A DNA stretch of 64,000 nucleotides from a bacterium. GTDB lineage: Bacteria; Sysuimicrobiota; Sysuimicrobiia; Sysuimicrobiales; Segetimicrobiaceae. The stretch lies in assembly GCA_035691305.1 (NCBI GenBank), contig DASSJF010000061.1, positions 1,329 to 65,328 on the forward strand. The letters run 5' to 3'. Of the stretch, positions 29,748 through 39,408 are shown piece by piece. The notes beneath the pieces were generated by a model. That model did not search any database. It was not told the DNA's origin and saw only the letters and a program-made list of their open reading frames with translations. Every line of letters begins with the position of its first letter. The first letter of the stretch is position 1. The translations under genes and the position numbers were made by a program.

Positions 29748-32024
29748 CTAGGCGTTCCGCCGCCCGGCCGCGGCGCGGATCGCCCGCCACACCCGGTCGG
29801 GCGTCATCGGCATCCCGACGTCCTCGACGCCGAGCGGCCGCAGCGCGTCGTGCACCGCGTTCACGAGCGCCGGCGGTGCGCCGATGCACCCGGATTCTCC
29901 GATGCCCTTCGAGCCGAGCGGATTGAGCGGCGACGGCGTCTCCTGCATTGCCGAGACGATCGTCGGCAGATCGGCCGCGGTCGGCGCGGCGTAGTCCAGG
30001 AGAGAGCCCGTGAGCGGCTGGCCGTCGTCGCCGTACACGACCTGCTCGAGCAGCGCCTGGGCGAAGCCCTGCGCCACGCTGCCGTGCACCTGGCCCTCGA
30101 CCAGCAGCGGATTGACCACCCGCCCGCAGTCGTTCACCGCGACGTACGACAGCACCGTGACGCCGCCGGTCTCGAGGTCCACCTCGGCGACCGCGACGTG
30201 GGCGCCGGACGGCGTCATGACGCGCTCGGACTCGAACTTGACGCTCGCCTCGATCGGCTCGCCGGCCCGCTGCGCGATCTCGCGGAAGGTCACCGCCCGC
30301 TTTGGCACGCCCCGCACGCCGGCGCGGCCGCGCTCGAGCACGATGTCGCGCGGCGCCGCCTCGAGCAGCCGGGCGGCCGCGGCGACGATGCGCTTCCGGA
30401 CCTCCGACGCCGCGGCCGCGATCGCCGACCCGCCGAGTGAAAGCGACCGGCTCCCGAACGTGCCGACCCCTTCCGGGATCGCGTCGGTGTCGCCGTGGAG
30501 CACGGTGATCTCCTCCGGCGCGAGCCCGAGCCCGTCCGCGAGAATCTGGCTGAACGCCGTGGCGAGCCCCTGGCCGTGCGGCGATGACCCGGTGACGGCG
30601 GTGACCCGGCCGGACGGCTCGAGCCGTACGATCGCCGTCTCCCACATCTCCCCGCCGCCCGCGGTCTCGATCCACGTGCTGAGCCCGATGCCGAGCGGCG
30701 GCCCGCCGTCGCGGCGCCGTTTGGCCTGCTCCCGCCGCCACCGCTCGTAGCCGGCGAGGTCGAGCGCCCGGCTGAGCAGGGACGGATAGTCGCCGGAATC
30801 ATAGACGAGCTCGGTCGGGCTCTTGTACGGGAACTTGTCGATGAAGTTCCGCCGGCGCACGTCGGCGGGGTCGAGGCCGAGGCGCGCCGCCAACAGATCC
30901 ATCAGGCGTTCAATATAATAGGCACCTTCCGGACGTCCCGCGCCGCGGTACGGGCCGTGCGGGACCTTGTTGGTGGCGAGACCCCTGAGGTGCAGGCGCA
31001 CGTTGCGGATCCGGTACGCGCCGAGGCCCACGAGGGTCGTGAGCGTCGGGATCAGCGCCGTGACGGAGTAGCAGTACGCGCCGAGGTCGGAGAGGATGTC
31101 GCCGTCCACCGCGGTTACGGTGCCGTCGGCCTTGGCCGCCAGGCGGAACCGCGCGCGCTGTCCTCGGCCCTGGACGGTGACCCGCAAATTCTCCAGCCGA
31201 TCCTCGGCCCAGGCGACGGGCCGTCCGAGGCGCCGGGCCAGGTGCGCGGCGAGCGCTTCCTCCGGGTAGTCCATGCCTTTGACGCCGAAGCCGCCGCCGA
31301 CGTCCGGCGCGATCACGCGAACCTTCTCCGGTTCGACGTCCAGGATCTCGGCGAGCGCCTCGCGCGCGCCGTGCGGCGACTGGGTGGAGAGTGTGATCTC
31401 GAACCGTCCGGTCCCGGCGTCGTACCGCGCGACCACGCCGCGGCACTCGAGCGGCATCCCGGCGAGGCGAGGCTGTTCGAACGTCGCCTCGACGATCGCG
31501 GCCGCGTCGCGAAACGCCGCCTCGGGGTCGCCGGCCCGCACCTCGCGGGTAAAGACGACGTTGCCGCCGTACGCCGCGTGCAGAACCGGTGCGTCGGGCG
31601 CGAGCGCGGCGTCGACGTCGACGACCGCGCGCAGCGGCTCGTACTCGACGCGTACCGCGTCGGCCGCATCCTCCGCCGCGTACCGGCTGTCCGCCACGAC
31701 CACCGCGACCGGCTGGCCGACGTAGCGGACCGCGCCGTCGGCGAGAAGCGGGTGAGCCGCGTGCGCCACCGTCGGGGGTACCGGCACCGGCGGAATCCTC
31801 GGCACGGTCGCGCCGAAATCCAGGGCCGTCAGCACCGCCGCCACGCCGGGCATGGCGCGCGCCGGCCCGGCGTCGACGTGGACCACGCGGGCGTGGGCGT
31901 GCGGCGAGCGGACGACGGCCGCGTGCAGCGTGCCGGGGAGCCGGATGTCGTCGAGGAACCGGCCGGCGCCGGTCAGGAGGCGCCGGTCCTCCCGGCGCCG
32001 CAGCGGCGTTCCGACGTACGCCAC
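29748..32024 (-). CDS. Molybdopterin-binding subunit of a xanthine dehydrogenase / CO dehydrogenase / aldehyde oxidase family enzyme (large subunit)
   Basis: 'GTPLRRREDRRLLTGAGRFLDD' N-terminus and Ald_Xan_dh C-domains. The start is set at the GTG (32024) that overlaps the PaiB stop, because the upstream 75 aa of the tracked ORF is Arg-rich read-through. Confidence 0.8.
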   Translation of the reverse strand: MAYVGTPLRRREDRRLLTGAGRFLDDIRLPGTLHAAVVRSPHAHARVVHVDAGPARAMPGVAAVLTALDFGATVPRIPPVPVPPTVAHAAHPLLADGAVRYVGQPVAVVVADSRYAAEDAADAVRVEYEPLRAVVDVDAALAPDAPVLHAAYGGNVVFTREVRAGDPEAAFRDAAAIVEATFEQPRLAGMPLECRGVVARYDAGTGRFEITLSTQSPHGAREALAEILDVEPEKVRVIAPDVGGGFGVKGMDYPEEALAAHLARRLGRPVAWAEDRLENLRVTVQGRGQRARFRLAAKADGTVTAVDGDILSDLGAYCYSVTALIPTLTTLVGLGAYRIRNVRLHLRGLATNKVPHGPYRGAGRPEGAYYIERLMDLLAARLGLDPADVRRRNFIDKFPYKSPTELVYDSGDYPSLLSRALDLAGYERWRREQAKRRRDGGPPLGIGLSTWIETAGGGEMWETAIVRLEPSGRVTAVTGSSPHGQGLATAFSQILADGLGLAPEEITVLHGDTDAIPEGVGTFGSRSLSLGGSAIAAAASEVRKRIVAAAARLLEAAPRDIVLERGRAGVRGVPKRAVTFREIAQRAGEPIEASVKFESERVMTPSGAHVAVAEVDLETGGVTVLSYVAVNDCGRVVNPLLVEGQVHGSVAQGFAQALLEQVVYGDDGQPLTGSLLDYAAPTAADLPTIVSAMQETPSPLNPLGSKGIGESGCIGAPPALVNAVHDALRPLGVEDVGMPMTPDRVWRAIRAAAGRRNA

Positions 32025-32029
32025 CGGGC

Positions 32030-32674
32030 CTACGCGGAACCTTTGGTGCGGGTTGCCATGATCCCGGCGACGGCCGCGTGACCGGCCCCGCCATCCGCGG
32101 TCAGGCCTTCGTAGACGCCGGCCTGGTCGCCCGCGGGGCGATTTTGGCTCATCTTCCACTTGCCTTCGAGCCGGGTGATCCGCATCGTAAATCCGACGAT
32201 GCCCCGCAACATGCCGGCGATGAAGCCCTCCGGGGCGTCGCCGACCGCCCACGGGGCCGGCCGGGCCGCTTCGTGCGTCTCGGTCAGCCGGCGCACATGC
32301 CGGCGGAGCAGCTCGGGATCGTCGAAGATCCGAACCTCACCGTGTGCGTGGATTGCGAGATAGTTCCACGTCGGCACCACCTTGCCGGTCTCTCGTTTCG
32401 TCGGATACCAGGACGGGGTGATGTAGGCGTTCGGGCCCAGAAACATCGCGAGGGCCTGCGCGCCCGCCTGCATCGCGCGCCACTGGGGATTCGCCCTGGC
32501 GAGGTGTCCCTGCAGCGTGCCGAACGGCTCCGGCTCCGGATCGACGAGCAGCGGCAGGTGGCTCGCCTCGAGCCCTTCGGCCCCCGCCGTCACAACTGTC
32601 CCGAACCCGAGCCGCCGGATGGCGTCGTGCAGCACGGGCACACGCTCCTCTTTGAAGTGCGCCGGCACGTACAT
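32030..32674 (-). CDS. FMN-binding negative transcriptional regulator, PaiB family
   Basis: 'MYVPAHFKEERVPVLHDAIRRLGFGTVVT' is the characteristic PaiB start. Confidence 0.8.
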   Translation of the reverse strand: MYVPAHFKEERVPVLHDAIRRLGFGTVVTAGAEGLEASHLPLLVDPEPEPFGTLQGHLARANPQWRAMQAGAQALAMFLGPNAYITPSWYPTKRETGKVVPTWNYLAIHAHGEVRIFDDPELLRRHVRRLTETHEAARPAPWAVGDAPEGFIAGMLRGIVGFTMRITRLEGKWKMSQNRPAGDQAGVYEGLTADGGAGHAAVAGIMATRTKGSA

Positions 32675-32752
32675 GGGAGGATCCCTCCTGAACGATCAGC
32701 CGTTGGAATCGTTGGACTCCACGCGGAACGCTCCCTTCCACGCGGCCAAGTC

Positions 32753-33379
32753 TCACCCCGAGCGCGCCAGGAACGACGCCCGCATCGCCCGGATCTCGGC
32801 GGCCGCCTCGTCGACGGCTTTCCCGAGCGCGTCACGGTCGCCCGAAGGTACCGCGATCGGCTCGCCGACGCAGAGTGTGACCGGCCGGTGCCGGGGAATG
32901 ATCCGGCCGAGCGGCAGCGCATCGTCGGTGCCGACGATCGCGATCGGCACGATCGGCGCGCCGGTCCGCGCGGCGAGCATCGCGGCCCCGCGATGAAACG
33001 CGCGTGCCTCCCCTGCTTGGGGAATCCCGCCCTCCGGGAACACGATCAGCCAGGCGCCCGCGCGGAGCGCCTCGGTGGCGCGGCGCAGCGCCGTCGTGTC
33101 GATCGCCCGGCGCCGCAGCGGGATCGCCAGCGGCCCGTAGAGCCGCATCACCCAGGAGACGACCGGCATTCTCCACAGCTCTTCCATCGCGAGAACCGCC
33201 GGTTTGCGCGGGAGCGCGAGCGGCAGCACGATGGGATCCAGCCAGCTGACGTGGTTGGCGACGAGGACGGCGGGGCCGGACACGGGGAGCCGTTCGAGGC
33301 CGACCGCCCGAAGCGGGAACATGAGGCGCGCGAGACCGCGCACCGCGCCTCGGATCAGCCGATACACGGGACTATCCAA
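32753..33379 (-). CDS. 1-acyl-sn-glycerol-3-phosphate acyltransferase (PlsC family)
   Basis: 'LVANHVSWLDPIVL' (NHxxxxD) and 'IVFPEGG' motifs. The tracked ORF's N-terminal ~150 aa is low-complexity and overlaps the divergent SDR, so the start is set at TTG 33379 (alternatively GTG 33367). Confidence 0.7.
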   Translation of the reverse strand: MDSPVYRLIRGAVRGLARLMFPLRAVGLERLPVSGPAVLVANHVSWLDPIVLPLALPRKPAVLAMEELWRMPVVSWVMRLYGPLAIPLRRRAIDTTALRRATEALRAGAWLIVFPEGGIPQAGEARAFHRGAAMLAARTGAPIVPIAIVGTDDALPLGRIIPRHRPVTLCVGEPIAVPSGDRDALGKAVDEAAAEIRAMRASFLARSG

Positions 33380-33509
33380 TCTCCGACCAGCATACGCGGC
33401 GCGGTACGGTCGCGCAAGCGGATCCGCGGCGCGCGCGGGTGTTCGGCAGGGAGCGTGCGCCGCCGCCGAAGAAGAACGGCGACGGCGGATTCGGCCAAAG
33501 GGGTGAGGC

Positions 33510-34306
33510 GCGTGCCGGCGTGGGACCTGAGCGTTGCGGGCAAGGCTGCCGTCGTCACGGGGGCGGGCAGCGGGATCGGGCGGGCCACGGCGCTCGCGCT
33601 CGCGGCCGGCGGCGCCGCGCTCTGCGCCGTCGATCTGCGGCCGGATACGGCCCGCGCGGTCGCGGGAGAAATCGAGCGCGCCGGAGGCCGCGCCATCGCG
33701 GCCGGCGGCGACGTGAGCAAGTCCGAAGACGTGCAGCGGTTCATCGGTGAGGCCGTGCGCGGCCTCGGGCGCCTCGACATCCTCGTCAACAACGCCGGGC
33801 TCCAGTACATCGCGCCGATCCACGAGTATCCGGAAGAAAAGTGGAATCTGCTGATCGGCGTGATGCTAACGGGGACGTTTCTTTGTACCAAGTACGCGCT
33901 GCCGCACATGATGAAGAATCGCTGGGGGCGTGTCCTCAACCTGGCGTCGATCCACGGCGTGGTCGCGTCGCCGTTTAAGAGCGCGTACACCGCCGCCAAG
34001 CACGGCATCGTGGGGTTCACGCGGTGTCTTGCGCTGGAAGTGGGAGGGCACGGCATCACCGCGAACGCCATCTGTCCGGCCTACGTGCGCACGCCGCTCG
34101 TAGAGGGGCAGATCGCGGACCAGGCCAAGGTGCACGGCATCTCCCCGCAGCAGGTCGTGGAGAAAATCATGCTCGAGCCCGCCGCGGTCAAGCGCCTCCT
34201 GGAACCGGATGAAATCGCCGGCGCCATACGTTATCTCTGCAGTGACCTCGCGGGCGGTGTTACCGGCACGACGTTTCTCGTCGACGAAGGCTGGACCGCC
34301 CACTAG
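33510..34306 (+). CDS. SDR-family oxidoreductase (3-hydroxybutyrate dehydrogenase-like)
   Basis: 'GKAAVVTGAGSGIGRATA' Rossmann motif, 'NNAG' and the catalytic 'YTAAKHG'. GTG start with an AAAGGGG Shine-Dalgarno. The 905-aa tracked ORF in this frame is an artefact upstream of here. Confidence 0.85.
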
Positions 34307-34397
34307 GCGGCGCGTATTGCGGCCGGCGCCCAAGCCGGCAGGAGGTTCAGGTGCGAGACGGCCGGTCGGCGCTTTGGGGTCCCGCCCCTCCATCGCC

Positions 34398-35384
34398 ATG
34401 AGCACCATCGCGTTCCGGGACGTGACCAAAGCCTATCCGGGCGCTCCCGGCCCGGTGGTCGACCGCGTGACGTTCGACGTCCCGGAAGGCGGCATCTGCA
34501 TGCTGCTCGGCACGTCCGGCGCCGGCAAGACGACGTTGCTTCGCATGGTCAACCGCCTCATCGAGCCCACCGCGGGCGCGATTCTGATCGACGGCCGCAA
34601 CATTCTCGAGGAAGACCCGATCGCGCTGCGGCGGCGCATCGGCTACGTCATCCAGCAGGCCGGCCTCTTTCCGCACATGACCGCGGCGGAGAACGTGCGC
34701 GTTACCGGCGAGGTCGCCGGCCGCCCCAAGGACGAGATGATCCGCCGCGCCGACGAGCTGCTGGCATTCGTGGGCCTCGATCCCGCTCTATACCGAGGCC
34801 GCTACCCGCGCCAGCTCTCCGGCGGCGAGCAGCAGCGCGTCGGGATCGCGCGGGCGCTCGCGACGGACCCGGCGATTCTCTTGATGGACGAGCCGTTCGG
34901 CGCACTCGACGCGATCACTCGGAGCCGCATGCAGGCCGAACTCCTTCGCATCCAGCGCGGCGTGCGCAAGACCGTCGTGTTCGTCACGCACGATGTGGAC
35001 GAAGCGTTTCGGCTCGGGTCCCTCATCGCGGTGATGTCGGAAGGACGCCTCGTGCAGGCCGGTACCCCGGCCGAGCTCCTCACACGCCCCGCGGACGATT
35101 TCGTCCGGCGTCTGCTCGGCACGGACGCCGTCCTCCGCCAGCTGGAGTACCTGCCGGTCACCGTGGCAGTGGGGCCCGGCGGCGGCAGCCAGGCCGGACG
35201 CGCGGCGCCGCCGCTCCGTCCGGACGCGACCTTGCTCGAGGCGCTGCTCGCACTGCTCGAAACCGGCGTCCCGGCGCTTCCCCTCGACGGCAACGGCGTC
35301 GGGCCGCCACGGTACGTCACGCTGGCCGCGATCGCGCGGGAGATCGCCGCGCTGAGGCGGGCGGGGCGTCCCGCCGCCGGCTGA
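34398..35384 (+). CDS. ABC transporter ATP-binding protein, glycine betaine/carnitine/choline (OpuA/OpuC) type
   Basis: Walker A 'GTSGAGKTTLLR', 'LSGGEQQRVGIARAL' and Walker B 'LLMDEPFGALD'. The C-terminal extension resembles a CBS/regulatory tail. Confidence 0.85.
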   Translation: MSTIAFRDVTKAYPGAPGPVVDRVTFDVPEGGICMLLGTSGAGKTTLLRMVNRLIEPTAGAILIDGRNILEEDPIALRRRIGYVIQQAGLFPHMTAAENVRVTGEVAGRPKDEMIRRADELLAFVGLDPALYRGRYPRQLSGGEQQRVGIARALATDPAILLMDEPFGALDAITRSRMQAELLRIQRGVRKTVVFVTHDVDEAFRLGSLIAVMSEGRLVQAGTPAELLTRPADDFVRRLLGTDAVLRQLEYLPVTVAVGPGGGSQAGRAAPPLRPDATLLEALLALLETGVPALPLDGNGVGPPRYVTLAAIAREIAALRRAGRPAAG

Positions 35385-35390
35385 GGGCCC

Positions 35391-36047
35391 GTGCGATTCC
35401 TGCTGAATCCTGCGAGCTACGCGCTCGGCGACCCCTCGAGCGTGCCCAACCTGCTCATGCAGCACCTCGTCATCGTCGGAATCGCGATGGGCATTTCCGT
35501 CGTGATCGCGCTGCCGCTCGGGGTGCTGGTCGCGCGCTACCGCACGCTCTACCTGCCGGTGGTCGGCGTGGCGGGCCTGTTCTATACGATTCCGGGCCTC
35601 GCGCTGCTGGCCGTGCTCGTGCCGGTCACGGGACTCGGCACGACGACGATCGTCGTGCCGCTCGTCCTCTACGCTCAGCTGGTCCTGATCCGCAACACGG
35701 CGGCGGCGATCCAGTCCATCGATCCGCTGCTGCTCGAGGTCGGGCGCGCGATGGGCATGAGCCGCGGGCAGCTGCTGCGTCGGGTCGTCACGCCGCTCGC
35801 GCTGCCCCTCGTCATCGCCGGCGTCCGCGTCGCGACGGTGACGACGATCGGCATCGCCTCGCTCGCGTCGCTGGTCGGCGCCGGCGGGCTGGGCGACCTC
35901 ATCTTCAGCAGCATCCAGAACGCCAACTACGACGAGGTTTTCGCCGGCGGCCTCGTCGTCGGCGCGGTCGCCGTGGCCGCCGACCTGCTGCTGCTGGGCG
36001 TGGAAACGGCCGCCGGGCGCTGGCGGAGCACGCCGGTGTCCCGCTGA
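35391..36047 (+). CDS. ABC transporter permease (OpuCB-like)
   Basis: BPD_transp_1 protein with five or six TM segments, adjacent to the ATPase. Confidence 0.8.
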   Translation: MRFLLNPASYALGDPSSVPNLLMQHLVIVGIAMGISVVIALPLGVLVARYRTLYLPVVGVAGLFYTIPGLALLAVLVPVTGLGTTTIVVPLVLYAQLVLIRNTAAAIQSIDPLLLEVGRAMGMSRGQLLRRVVTPLALPLVIAGVRVATVTTIGIASLASLVGAGGLGDLIFSSIQNANYDEVFAGGLVVGAVAVAADLLLLGVETAAGRWRSTPVSR

Positions 36048-36697
36048 TGGCCGCGCTCCTGCGCTTCGTCGCGAGCCCCGGCGCCGATTACGCCGGCCAT
36101 ACGGTCCAGTACCTCACGCTGTGCGGAGCCTCGCTCGCCGCGGCCGTTGTCATCGGCGTCGCGGCCGGGACGCTGGCCGCCGGCCGGCCGGCCTTCGCCT
36201 TCGTCGCGACCAACCTCAGCGGCATGATGCGGGCGATTCCCATCATCGCGTTCCTGGCGTTTGCGATCCCTTATCTCGGATTGGGCTTCATCCCCGCCTT
36301 CGTCGCGCTTACGGTTCTCGGGATCCCGCCGGTGCTGTTGAATACCAGCGCCGGGCTGCGCGGCGTCGATCCGGCCGCGGTGGACGCCGCCCGCGGCATG
36401 GGCATGACCAACCGGCAAATCGCCGTCCGGATTCAGGCGCCGCTCGTCCTCCCCGTCATCGCCTCCGGCGCCCGCACCTCCGCCGTGCAAATCATCGCGA
36501 CGGCGACCTTGGCCGCGATCATCGGCGCCGGGGGATACGGCGACTATATCCTGTCCGGGCTGTATCAGGTCGACATGACACAGATCCTGGCCGGCACGAT
36601 ACCCGTGTCGGTGTTCGCGCTCGGCGCGGAGCTGGGTCTCGGGGCGGCGGAGCGCGCGCTCACGTCGCCCGGACTGCGGACGCGCGCGTTCGAATGA
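36047..36697 (+). CDS. ABC transporter permease (OpuCD-like)
   Basis: Second paralogous permease, overlapping the previous gene by one codon. Confidence 0.8.
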   Translation: MAALLRFVASPGADYAGHTVQYLTLCGASLAAAVVIGVAAGTLAAGRPAFAFVATNLSGMMRAIPIIAFLAFAIPYLGLGFIPAFVALTVLGIPPVLLNTSAGLRGVDPAAVDAARGMGMTNRQIAVRIQAPLVLPVIASGARTSAVQIIATATLAAIIGAGGYGDYILSGLYQVDMTQILAGTIPVSVFALGAELGLGAAERALTSPGLRTRAFE

Positions 36698-36760
36698 CGG
36701 CGTTGGCGTAGAGGTCCGGCACTGAAAGGAAGCGGTGAAACCGAGAAGGGAGATGGCACA

Positions 36761-37672
36761 ATGATGAAGTGGAGATCCGGAGTTTTCCTGGGACAACTGC
36801 TGGCGGTGCTCGTGATCGGCGCGTTGATGATCGCCATCGTGCCGGGCATCAGCCCGGGCGCGGCGGCGGGCAAACCCCACCTCACCGTGGGCGGCAAGAA
36901 CGACACCGAGGCGCAGCTGCTGACCAAGCTGTACGTGCTGCTGCTCCGCAAAGCGGGGTTCGACGTCACCGAAAAAGCGAAGCTCGGCACCAACGACATC
37001 GTCCACAACGCGATCACAAGCGGCCAGATCGACCTGTACCCCGAGTTTACGGCGACGGGACTGGCGCGCCTCAAGCTCAAGACCACGCACAACGACCAGA
37101 AGGATTACGAGATTGTGAAGGCCGGCTACCAAAAGCAGTTCCACATCACGTGGCTCGCGATGTCGCCGCTGAACGATACCTACGGGATCTGCACGACGCA
37201 GGCGAAGGCCGGCAAGCTCGGGACGAAGATCAGCCAACTGGCCGAGACGGCGCCGAAGCTCACGGTGGCGTCGCCGCCCGACGGCACGAGCGATCCGAAC
37301 GTGCTTCCCGGGATGAAGGCGGCGTACGGCTTCACGTTTGGGAAGACCGTCGTCCTCGACGAGTCGCTGACCTTCACCGCCGTCCAGCAGGGCCGGGCCG
37401 ATGTGAACGTGTGCTACACGACGATCGCCCTGATCCCGAAGAACCACTTTGTCCTGCTCGACGACGACAAGAATCTGTTCCCGATCTATCATCCGGCGCC
37501 GATCGTGCGCGACGATACCCTGAGCAAAGCGCCCGGCATCGCAACCGCGCTTGATCCGCTGGCCCCGAAGCTGACCACGGAGGTCAGCCAGCGGCTGCAA
37601 CTCGAGGTCGTGAACGGCTCGTCGGTAACCAACACCGCGACGAACTGGCTCAAGAGCATCGGGATGCTCTGA
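36761..37672 (+). CDS. Osmoprotectant (glycine betaine/choline/carnitine) ABC substrate-binding protein (OpuAC-fold)
   Basis: Signal/TM anchor, then 'GKNDTEAQLLTKLYVLLLRKAGFDV' and 'QIDLYPEFTATG', which are typical of OpuCC/OpuBC-type binding proteins. Confidence 0.8.
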   Translation: MMKWRSGVFLGQLLAVLVIGALMIAIVPGISPGAAAGKPHLTVGGKNDTEAQLLTKLYVLLLRKAGFDVTEKAKLGTNDIVHNAITSGQIDLYPEFTATGLARLKLKTTHNDQKDYEIVKAGYQKQFHITWLAMSPLNDTYGICTTQAKAGKLGTKISQLAETAPKLTVASPPDGTSDPNVLPGMKAAYGFTFGKTVVLDESLTFTAVQQGRADVNVCYTTIALIPKNHFVLLDDDKNLFPIYHPAPIVRDDTLSKAPGIATALDPLAPKLTTEVSQRLQLEVVNGSSVTNTATNWLKSIGML

Positions 37673-37682
37673 GAAACCTCGC

Positions 37683-38450
37683 ATGCGCCTGGCCGACAAG
37701 ATCTGCCTGATCACCGGCGCCGGTTCGGGAATCGGCCGCGCGAGCGCGCTCTTGTTCGCGCGCGAGGGCGGCGCGGTGCTCGTGGCGGACGTGGACGGGC
37801 AGGCGGGCGAACGGGTGGCCGCCGAGATCGCCGGGTCCGGCGGCCGGGCCCTCGCCGTCCGCACCGATGTGACGGATCAGGCGCAGTGCGAGCGCGCCGT
37901 CGGGCTGGCCCTCGAGCGGTGGGGCCGGCTCGACGTGCTCTTCAACAACGCCGGGATCGGCGCCGTCGGCAGCGCGCACGACGAGCCGCTCGAGCAATGG
38001 GACCGCGTGATGAACGTCAACGTCCGCGGCGTGTTTCTGATGTGCCGGGCGGCCCTGCCGCCGATGATGGAACGGCGCGGCGGCTCGATCATCAACATGT
38101 CCTCGGCGATCGCCCATACGGGGCTTGCGCGCCGGATGTCCTACGCCGCGTCCAAGGGCGCGGTGCTGGCGTTGACGCGGTGCATGCAGGTCGATTACGC
38201 GCCGTACCACATCCGGGTCAACGCGCTCATGCCCGGCACGATCCACACGCCGCTGGTGGAGCGGTACCTGCGGGCGAATTACCCGGATTACGAGAAAGGC
38301 CTCGCCGATGTCCGCGCGCGCCAGCTGACCGGAGACCTGGGTGCCCCGGAGGAGGTGGCGGCGGCGGCGTTGTTCCTCGCCGGCGACGAGTCGCGGCTCG
38401 TCATGGGCGCCGGGCTGATCGTCGACGGCGGGCTGACCGCCGGGCGCTGA
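37683..38450 (+). CDS. SDR-family oxidoreductase
   Basis: 'KICLITGAGSGIGRASA', 'NNAGI' and 'YAASKGAV'. Confidence 0.85.
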   Translation: MRLADKICLITGAGSGIGRASALLFAREGGAVLVADVDGQAGERVAAEIAGSGGRALAVRTDVTDQAQCERAVGLALERWGRLDVLFNNAGIGAVGSAHDEPLEQWDRVMNVNVRGVFLMCRAALPPMMERRGGSIINMSSAIAHTGLARRMSYAASKGAVLALTRCMQVDYAPYHIRVNALMPGTIHTPLVERYLRANYPDYEKGLADVRARQLTGDLGAPEEVAAAALFLAGDESRLVMGAGLIVDGGLTAGR

Positions 38451-38530
38451 GCGCGGCGCGGGATGAATCGCCCCCCGCGGCCCCGAAGCGAGCGGTAGAC
38501 AACGCAATCTCCCCCGGAGGTGCCGCGGCC

Positions 38531-39340
38531 ATGGGCAAGTATCGTCTGCAGGACATGTCGTGGGTGGAAGCTCAGGAGGCGTTCCGCCGGTCGGATACGG
38601 TGATCTTTCCGGTCGGTACGCTGCACGGCCACGGCCCGAGTCCAATCGGCATCGACGCGATCTCCGTCGACGCGATCGCCGACCGCGTCGGCAGGCAGAC
38701 CGGCATGATGGTCCTGCCGACGCTCGTCTACGGCGAAGACGACAAGATGCGCGACTACCCGGGATCGCTCGCGATCAGCCAGAGCACGATGGAGGCGTTC
38801 TGCACGGACATCTTCCGCAGCCTCCACCATAACGGCGTGCGCAAGGTGATCGCGTTGAACGGCCACGGCGGCAACCGCGAGCCGCTCGTCCGTGCGGGCC
38901 GCAACGTCCGCGAACTCGACATGCTGGTCCCGATCGTCGAGTGGTGGAACATCACGAAACGCCTCCAGCCCGACCTGTGCACGGACGGCACGCACATCGT
39001 CGAGCTGGCCGTCGCGCTCGCCGCCGGCGGCACCGAGGTCGCCGACATCCGGAGCGGCGGCTACAAGGGAGAGTGGGGGACGCAGCCCCCGCTTCGAAAG
39101 GTGTTCGGCGAGGCGATCAAGCCGCTCGGGTTCAACAACTTCGAGTTCGGCGGCGCGCCGGTGATCATCCCCGTGGACGCCTGGGACATCGATATCGCAA
39201 GCCCGCCGGAAGTGAACAAGAACGATCTCGAGGCGCTGCGCCGCCGCGGCGAGCAGATCATCGACCGGGCGGTCGAGTACGTGATCGCGTTTGCCGCGGA
39301 ACTTCATAAAGTGGACGTGGCCAGGGCCCTCAAGCAGTAA
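38531..39340 (+). CDS. Creatininase-family amidohydrolase (creatinine amidohydrolase / MftE-like)
   Basis: 'DTVIFPVGTLHGHG' and 'MVLPTLVYGED' are creatininase-fold metal-ligand motifs. The ATG is internal to the 484-aa tracked ORF. Confidence 0.75.
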   Translation: MGKYRLQDMSWVEAQEAFRRSDTVIFPVGTLHGHGPSPIGIDAISVDAIADRVGRQTGMMVLPTLVYGEDDKMRDYPGSLAISQSTMEAFCTDIFRSLHHNGVRKVIALNGHGGNREPLVRAGRNVRELDMLVPIVEWWNITKRLQPDLCTDGTHIVELAVALAAGGTEVADIRSGGYKGEWGTQPPLRKVFGEAIKPLGFNNFEFGGAPVIIPVDAWDIDIASPPEVNKNDLEALRRRGEQIIDRAVEYVIAFAAELHKVDVARALKQ

Positions 39341-39363
39341 GCCGGCGCCGCCTCGGGGCCAGG

Positions 39364-39408
39364 CGCCGACGGTGAACGTGCACCGTCGGCACGCCCCCCT
39401 TGGGGGGG
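39364..39408 (+). terminator. Two consecutive GC hairpins after the creatininase stop (terminator-like, no U-tract)
   Basis: GCCGACGGTG-aacgtg-CACCGTCGGC (a perfect 10-bp stem), followed by CCCCCC-tt-GGGGGGG. Confidence 0.4.

Noticed and set aside
31589-34306. 905-aa ORF on the plus strand
   Set aside because: Only the C-terminal 265 aa (from GTG 33510, the SDR) is coding. The upstream 640 aa is Arg/Pro/Gly-rich and lies antisense to the molybdo-hydroxylase, PaiB and PlsC genes.
35927-37864. 645-aa ORF on the minus strand
   Set aside because: Antisense to the OpuC-type permease and SBP genes. Arg/Gly/Asp-rich.
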